From Octopus bimaculoides (lineage: Eukaryota): DNA of 40,051 nucleotides. This document shows positions 33,991 through 40,051 of this stretch, piece by piece (position 1 is the stretch's first letter; the number at the start of each line of letters is the position of its first letter). A model generated the notes under the pieces. It was not told the origin of the DNA, did no database searches, and worked only from the letters and a program-made list of their open reading frames with translations. Location of the stretch: NCBI RefSeq assembly GCF_001194135.2, contig NC_068987.1, positions 9,265,493 to 9,305,543 of the forward strand, read 5' to 3'. Position numbers and translations under genes: made by a program.

Positions 33991-34214
33991 CACACTCACA
34001 ATCACAAACACACTCATACATGCAAACATATATAAATATATATATAATAATGATTTAATTCAACATATTCTCCTCTCAGATTCACACACTGCAGCAGCCC
34101 TTCAGTTTTACTAAGCCCTATAAATGAATTCAGAAGGTCGGACCTTCAGCCAGGTTTTTCATGATATCCTTAAAGTCGGGAACTTTTCAGTATCCTATAC
34201 ATTATTTACATTTG

Positions 34215-34466
34215 ACGGATATTTGTCAATGTACGCCACTAGCCCAGAAAGAATATAAAAGGCGTCATGACAATATAGCAAGGATTGTCCATGGGACACT
34301 TTACAACAAGTATGGACTTGACAGAGCAAAGAAGTGGTACGAATATAAACCCGAAGGCATCATCGAAAATGATAATGCAAAGATCCTATGGGATTTTATG
34401 ATTCAGTGCGACCACGAGATAGGGAATAGGAAACCAGACATAGTGTTAATTGAGAAAGAAAGCAAA
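34215..34466 (+). mobile_element. R4/Dong-clade non-LTR retrotransposon fragment (zinc knuckle to RLE PD motif)
   Basis: CTPLAQKEYKRRHDNIARIVH...WYEYKPEGIIENDNAKILWDFMIQCDHEIGNRKPDIVLIEK matches RHD...ILWDF.IQ.D..I...(R/K)PD of restriction-like endonucleases. Confidence 0.85.
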
Positions 34467-34649
34467 CGTTAATACGCCGGGTGAAATGCTTAGTGGTATT
34501 TCGTCTGTCTTTACGTTCTGAATTCAAATTCCGCCGAGGTCGACTTTGCCTTTCATCCTTTCGGGGTCGATAAATTAAGCACCAGTTGCGTACTGGAGTT
34601 GATCTAATCGACTGGCCCCCTCCCCAAAAAATTTAGGGCTTTGTGCCTA
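34464..34649 (+). mobile_element. SINE-B truncating the R4-like fragment
   Basis: A well-preserved SINE-B body running into the gap. Confidence 0.9.
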
Positions 34650-34895
34650 NNNNNNNNNNNNNNNNNNNNNNNNNNNNNNNNNNNNNNNNNNNNNNNNNNN
34701 NNNNNNNNNNNNNNNNNNNNNNNNNNNNNNNNNNNNNNNNNNNNNNNNNNNNNNNNNNNNNNNNNNNNNNNNNNNNNNNNNNNNNNNNNNNNNNNNNNAT
34801 TGAGTGTAAAATGTAATTTTAATATACTTTATAACTTACACTACTATATATACCCATATACATACATACAAGCATAAACATATGTGTGTGTATCA

Positions 34896-34933
<38 letters not shown>

Positions 34934-35459
34934 TTATATATAATATATATTATATATAATATATATATATATATATATATGTATATGTATGTTTGTATGT
35001 AGGTACGTGTGTGTGTAAGTATACGATATACTTGACACAAGAGTCAAGTACATACACGAGAGTATTGAAGTACTTCTCTTCTTCTTCCATCGACTTTAAG
35101 ATGTATAACTGCCTCTTGGTTATAGACTTATGGCAGGCGTGTGTATGTGTGGGGTGTTTGTAATTTCGCTGTACATGCATATCGGCATTTGAGCATGTGT
35201 GTGTGTGTCTGTGCATGTGTATATATGCGTAAGTATAAATTTGTAAGTTCGGGTGCGAAGGTGTCTCTTTTGAGTCTATGTGCAAGCCTGATTATATTTT
35301 TATGTCTTTGTGTGGGTTTTAAAATAATGGAAACCTCTGTCTGACCTCCATGCCTAGAATAATTTATGTTTACCCTGCTAAACAAGCGACATAATGACCT
35401 TGTTTACTTAGGATAGGCCATGACTAGTACTTTTCGAGAGTTTTTAACGGCTTACTCAC

Positions 35460-35504
35460 ATATAAACGACCAACGGTATCAGCAACACCGGCTGATGACG
35501 TCAT
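35460..35504 (-). CDS. Candidate coding exon end (MTSSAGVADTVGRLY)
   Basis: Donor TAT|GTGAGT; phase 0, compatible with 32248-32371; no good acceptor. Confidence 0.18.
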
Positions 35505-35629
35505 ACTTCCCGACCACCACTTTATCTTCCATTTGTACCGAAGACAGTGGAAGTAACATTAAAATTTCCTCTGAACTTATGCTACATACGAGAACTTTTC
35601 AGCACACTCACGTATATATATATATATCG

Positions 35630-36010
35630 TGGCACCCCGTCGGTTACGACGTTGAGGGTTCCAGTTGATCCGATCAACGGAACAGCTTGCTCGTGAAATT
35701 AACGTGCAAGTGGCTGAGCACTCCACAGACACATGTACCCTTAATGTAGTTCTCGGGGAGATTCAGCACAACACAGAGTGGGACAAGGCTGGCCCTTTGA
35801 AATACATGTACAACAGAAACAAGAAGAAAGAGTGAGAGAAAGTTGCGGTGAAAGAGCACAGCAGGATTCGCCACCGCCCCCTGCCGGAGCCTCGTGGAGC
35901 TTTAGGTGTTTTCGTTCAATAAACATTCACAACGCCCGGTCTGGGAATCGAAACCGCGATCCTGTGACCGAGTGTCCGCTGCCCTAACCACTGGGTCATT
36001 ACGTCTCCAC
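35630..36010 (-). mobile_element. Full-length SINE-D
   Basis: Homologous to 16893-17289. Confidence 0.9.
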
Positions 36011-36176
36011 GCTAGTTATATAATATTACTATCTAATAGACCACGGTCACAGAATAGTAACACGGAAAGGAGCTAAACTCAACATGCATCTACATTTGTA
36101 TTTTTGGGTGTCTAATAGATTTATGTTTGGTATCTTGTGAAATCATTCGACCACCTCTTCATCGTGATTATCTGTT

Positions 36177-36300
36177 GACATTTTAACGTAACGTATATGA
36201 CATCTTAACGTAACGTATATGACGTTTTAACGTAACGTATATGACATTTTAACGTAACGTATATGACGTTTTAACGTAACGTATATGACGTTTTAACGTA
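36177..36300. repeat. 22-bp minisatellite, about 5.5 copies ((a/g)ttttaacgtaacgtatatgac)
   Basis: Units start at 36180, 36202, 36224, 36246, 36268 and 36290. Confidence 0.97.
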
Positions 36301-36444
36301 CCGATTGCCGCACCCCAATTTCAGCTTGCATATTCAGGAAAATATTTTTTTTAGCGCATAAAAGCATGTAATATAAGCCCGACTTTACATATAGGACCTA
36401 AATTAATTTTTGGGATTGCGTTGTATATGCTGTGAAATACAGTA
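36301..36444 (+). mobile_element. Tc2/pogo-like DNA transposon right end
   Basis: tataagcccc...gcgttgtatatgctgtgaaatacag-TA resembles the reverse complement of CCGTATTT...TATAAG.CGC termini. Confidence 0.45.
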
Positions 36445-36554
36445 TTTAGATATGGAGTATCAAAAAACATATCTAACGAGAAATACACGTGCATGATAAA
36501 AGAAACACTATTCGTTAATGATAAATATTATCAAAAGAGCTACTTTAACTATTA

Positions 36555-36608
<54 letters not shown>

Positions 36609-37085
36609 CACACACACACACACACACNNNNNNNNNNNNNNNNNNNNNNNNNNNNNNNNNNNNNNNNNNNNNNNNNNNNNNNNNNNNNNNNNNNNNNNNN
36701 NNNNNNNNNNNNNNNNNNNNNNNNNNNNNNNNNNNNNNNNNNNNNNNNNNNNNNNNNNNNNNNNNNNNNNNNNNNNNNNNNNNNNNNNNNNNNNNNNNNN
36801 NNNNNNNNNNNNNNNNNNNNNNNNNNNNNNNNNNNNNNNNNNNNNNNNNNNNNNNNNNNNNNNNNNNNNNNNNNNNNNNNNNNNNNNNNNNNNNNNNNNN
36901 NNNNNNNNNNNNNNNNNNNNNNNNNNNNNNNNNNNNNNNNNNNNNNNNNNNNNNNNNNNNNNNNNNNNNNNNNNNNNNNNNNNNNNNNNNNNNNNNNNNN
37001 NNNNNNNNNNNNNNNNNNNNNNNNNNNNNNNNNNNNNNNNNNNNNNNNNNNNNNNNNNNNNNNNNNNNNNNNNNNNNNNNNNNNN

Positions 37086-37130
<45 letters not shown>

Positions 37131-37204
37131 AAAACGAAGAAAAAACACAAGAAAAAAACAGCGTGAAGAGGTGGTAAGAAACGTTCAGGGAAGGAAAGAA
37201 ATGT

Positions 37205-37241
37205 TGTTTTACGTTTCGAGCAAAGCTCTTCTTCGGAAACA
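37205..37241 (-). ncRNA. Minimal type I hammerhead-like motif in a Penelope-like terminal repeat (about 37130-37320)
   Basis: Minus strand: tgttt-CCGAAGA-a-gagc.ttt.gctc-GAAA-C-GTA-aaaca. 5-bp stem I, ACGU stem III, U4C core variant. Confidence 0.6.
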
Positions 37242-37360
37242 GGAGACAGAGGAAAGTCAAAGAGAAAAGGAAGACGGAGCGAAAAAATCGGCAACAATCC
37301 ACATGTAGCTACATTTTGTAGTTACATTTTTGTACACACACACACATATATATATACATG

Positions 37361-37407
<47 letters not shown>

Positions 37408-37430
37408 ACACATATATATACATTCATACA

Positions 37431-37466
<36 letters not shown>

Positions 37467-37483
37467 TATATCGAGATAGATAA

Positions 37484-37523
<40 letters not shown>

Positions 37524-37689
37524 ATTCATGTATTTACATAATATCGAGGTATCAATAACTCTTTTGTTGTCATATTATTATTATTATTATTAATATATAT
37601 ATACGTACGTATGTATTCTAGGTATAATTATAAGTTTTCACCGTATATTAACAATAGAAAATAACCTAATATTAGGACATATATCTATT

Positions 37690-37869
37690 CACGTCGGTCT
37701 TCAACACAGTTTCCGCGACTAAACCCACTCACAAGGCATTAGTCAGTCCGAGGCCATAATAGAAGACACTTGCTCAAGGGGCCGCATTGTGGGACTAAAC
37801 CTGAAGCCTCATCGTTTCAAACAAGCTTCTTGACCGCAGTTACACCCACACAGCTATATCCGCGTCTCC
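37690..37869 (-). mobile_element. SINE-A 5' half
   Basis: acagtttcc...cactcacaaggc...agaagacacttgctcaagg...gggactaaacc. Confidence 0.8.
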
Positions 37870-38032
37870 AAAATATTTTGGCTATGTACAGTAATCATAA
37901 CACAAATCATCTCGTCTAAGTTTCGGACTATTTTTGGTTTCATCAGTGAAGCATAGCTTTTGCTGAACTGGTCGATGTATTGATACAAGAATCAAGAACC
38001 AAATGCACAAGATTCCATATTTTTGTTGGAAG

Positions 38033-38222
38033 AGGCACAGACGCGGCTGTGTGGTAAGAAGTTTGCTTCCCAACCACATGGTTCCGGGTTCAGTCCCACT
38101 ACGTGGTACCTTCGGCAAGTGTCTTCTACTATAGCCTCCGGCCGACCAGAGCCTTCTGAGTGGATTTGGTGGACGGAAACTGAAAGAAGTCTGTCGTGTA
38201 TGTGTGAGAAAGTGTGTATGAG

Positions 38223-38275
<53 letters not shown>

Positions 38276-38490
38276 CTTTATGTTTGTGTTTGTCTCCTAC
38301 CGCCACCGCTCGACAACCGGTTTTTGGTGTGTTTACATCCCAATAACTTAGCTGTTCGATAAGACAGACCGATAGAATAAGTACCAGGCTTTAAAAGAAA
38401 AAAATGTACTTGAGGTCAATTGCTTCGGTTAAGAATTCTTGAAGGTGGTGCTCCAGCATGGCCACAGTGTCAAGCCAAGTAAAAGATAAA
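38033..38490 (+). mobile_element. Full-length SINE-A (best-preserved copy)
   Basis: A-box ggctgtgtggt, B-box gggttcagtccc, CORE-like accttcggcaagtgtctt, (TG)n, tail. Confidence 0.92.
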
Positions 38491-38744
38491 TGAGGAAATA
38501 TAGGAAAATAGAATCGTTTACAGGAATTAAAATACTTCAGAGACAACATCCGCAAGAAAAATAATATCTAAGTCAAATGGAATTTCGTCCCGTTACAACT
38601 GATATCAATCTTAATCGCATTTTACTTTTTATATTCTCAATATTTAGTTTCAGAGGCACTCCTGGGGAGATAGTCTAGGTCGAGTCGTAGTGAAGTTAGT
38701 GATAATATATTTAATGCAGAGAATATTAAAATATTAACTAGGAA

Positions 38745-38864
38745 CTGGCGAGATGAAAATAATACCGAAATTACTCACTGTTTACTATTATGTTAACTAT
38801 TTTATTCAATACGGGAGACAACTCCGAGCGTGTTTCGGTATTATTATGACCTCGTCAGTGAATT
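38745..38864. ncRNA. Inverted pair of hammerhead-like motifs (plus 38745-38770; minus 38820-38864)
   Basis: ctggcga.gat.gaaaataat.acc.gaaa versus (minus) ctgacga.ggt.cataataat.acc.gaaa; 22/26 identical. Confidence 0.55.
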
Positions 38865-38919
38865 TTAGACATCGCTGGATTTGCTGAAGTTGAAACGGTA
38901 GAATTATCAAGTAAATATT

Positions 38920-39125
38920 CAGGCAATGACGTGGTTTAGGGTTCAATCCCAGTATGTGTGTGGCACCTTGGGCATGTGTTATTTCAATAATCCTTGGCCG
39001 AATGATGTAAACTTGGTGGGAGGAAACTGTGTGGAAGCCTATCGTGTATATGTGTGTGGAGATGTATATGTGTGTGTGGTTATGCCTGTGTTTGTCGTCC
39101 TCCAACACCTCTTGACAAATGGTGA
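38920..39125 (+). mobile_element. Degenerate SINE-A 5' part
   Basis: gggttcaatccc...gtggcaccttgggcatgtg...ggaaactgtgtggaagcc. Confidence 0.7.
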
Positions 39126-39159
39126 GGATAGAATGTTGGCAAAAGGATTTAATATTTTT

Positions 39160-39530
39160 ACATCGACCCAGTACTTATTTTATCGACCCCGAAAAGATGA
39201 AAGGCAAAGTCGACCACGAAGGAATTTGAACTCAGAACGTAAAGACGGACGAAATGCCGCTAAGCAATTTGCAAGGCGTGCTCAAGGTTCTGCCAGCTCG
39301 CCAATAATAATAATTCTTTCTACTATGGGCACAAGGTTTGAAATTTAGTGGAAGGGGCTAGCCGATGACATCCATCCCAGTGCTTGACTGGTACTTTATT
39401 TTATCGACCCTGAAAGGATGAAAGTCAAAGTCGACCTCGGTGGAATTTGAATACAGAACGTAAAAACGGACGAAATGCCGCTAAGCATTTCGTCCAGCGT
39501 GCTAATGGTTCAGCTAGTTAGTTCGCCACC
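39160..39530 (-). mobile_element. Two head-to-tail SINE-B copies
   Basis: Units at 39160-39302 and 39303-39530, joined by aataataataat. Confidence 0.9.
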
Positions 39531-39665
39531 TTGTTAAGTTTAGATCCATTTCTATATAAATGAGAGCTTTTGTGTGATTTGAACCAGAAGTGCTATTAAG
39601 CGAGTTAACATCGAACTAGCTAGAAACATTCAGTTTTCAAATTAAGTTCACAAATTAAATACGCT

Positions 39666-39830
39666 AAGTGCAGGCATGACTGTAGGGTTACAAAGCTAGT
39701 TTTGCAACAACGTGGTTTTAAGTTCAGTTCCACTGCACAGTACCATGCGCAAGTGCCTTCTACTATAGCTCCGGGTTAACCAATTCCTTGTGAGTGAATT
39801 GGTATATAGAAGCTGGGCGGACGTAGAGAA
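39666..39830 (+). mobile_element. Degenerate SINE-A 5' half
   Basis: gcaggcatgactgtaggg...aagttcagttccactgc...gcaagtgccttctactatagc. Confidence 0.75.
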
Positions 39831-40051
39831 TGTGGACCGCACCCGCTTTCGGTATTTATTTATAAATTTAATTTTTACAGAATCCCTCATTTTCGTGTAC
39901 GGAGATTCTAATTCTGCAAAAAAAAAAACCAAAAAAGACGCATTTTAAAATTTTTATTTCTCCCTCCCACCAATTCTTCAATTTTCACTTTTTACAGAAT
40001 TTTTTTTTTTTTTACAATCATAGTAATCTCCATATTTTTTTTACGTATTTC

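Noticed and set aside
36177-36300. Regular short repeats as a possible CRISPR array
   Set aside because: No unique spacers, eukaryotic context and no cas genes; it is a minisatellite.

Overview
AT-rich, non-coding, repeat-dense eukaryotic scaffold with nine N gaps. The SINE families and microsatellite load resemble an octopod cephalopod genome; this is inference from recall, not a search. I find no intact protein-coding gene, rRNA, true tRNA or CRISPR array, and almost all ORF-track entries come from microsatellites or N runs. The window holds about 45 copies or fragments of four tRNA-headed SINE families (my working names A-D), decayed autonomous elements (maT-type DD37D mariner, RTE LINE, R4/Dong-type RLE retroelement, possible Tx1), three TTAA-flanked piggyBac-type MITEs, and hAT, Tc2-like and Tigger-like ends. 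The most notable signal is a set of about 9-10 dispersed hammerhead-ribozyme-like motifs of the minimal type I form associated with Penelope-like elements. One has a fully intact core (20086-20151, minus), two form an inverted pair (38745-38864), and a type-III-shaped three-way junction sits at 28724-28824. Also notable are repeated head-to-tail SINE-B arrays, (TAA)n-targeted retroelement ends, and two weak, unidentified candidate exon chains. All alignments and folds were done by eye.
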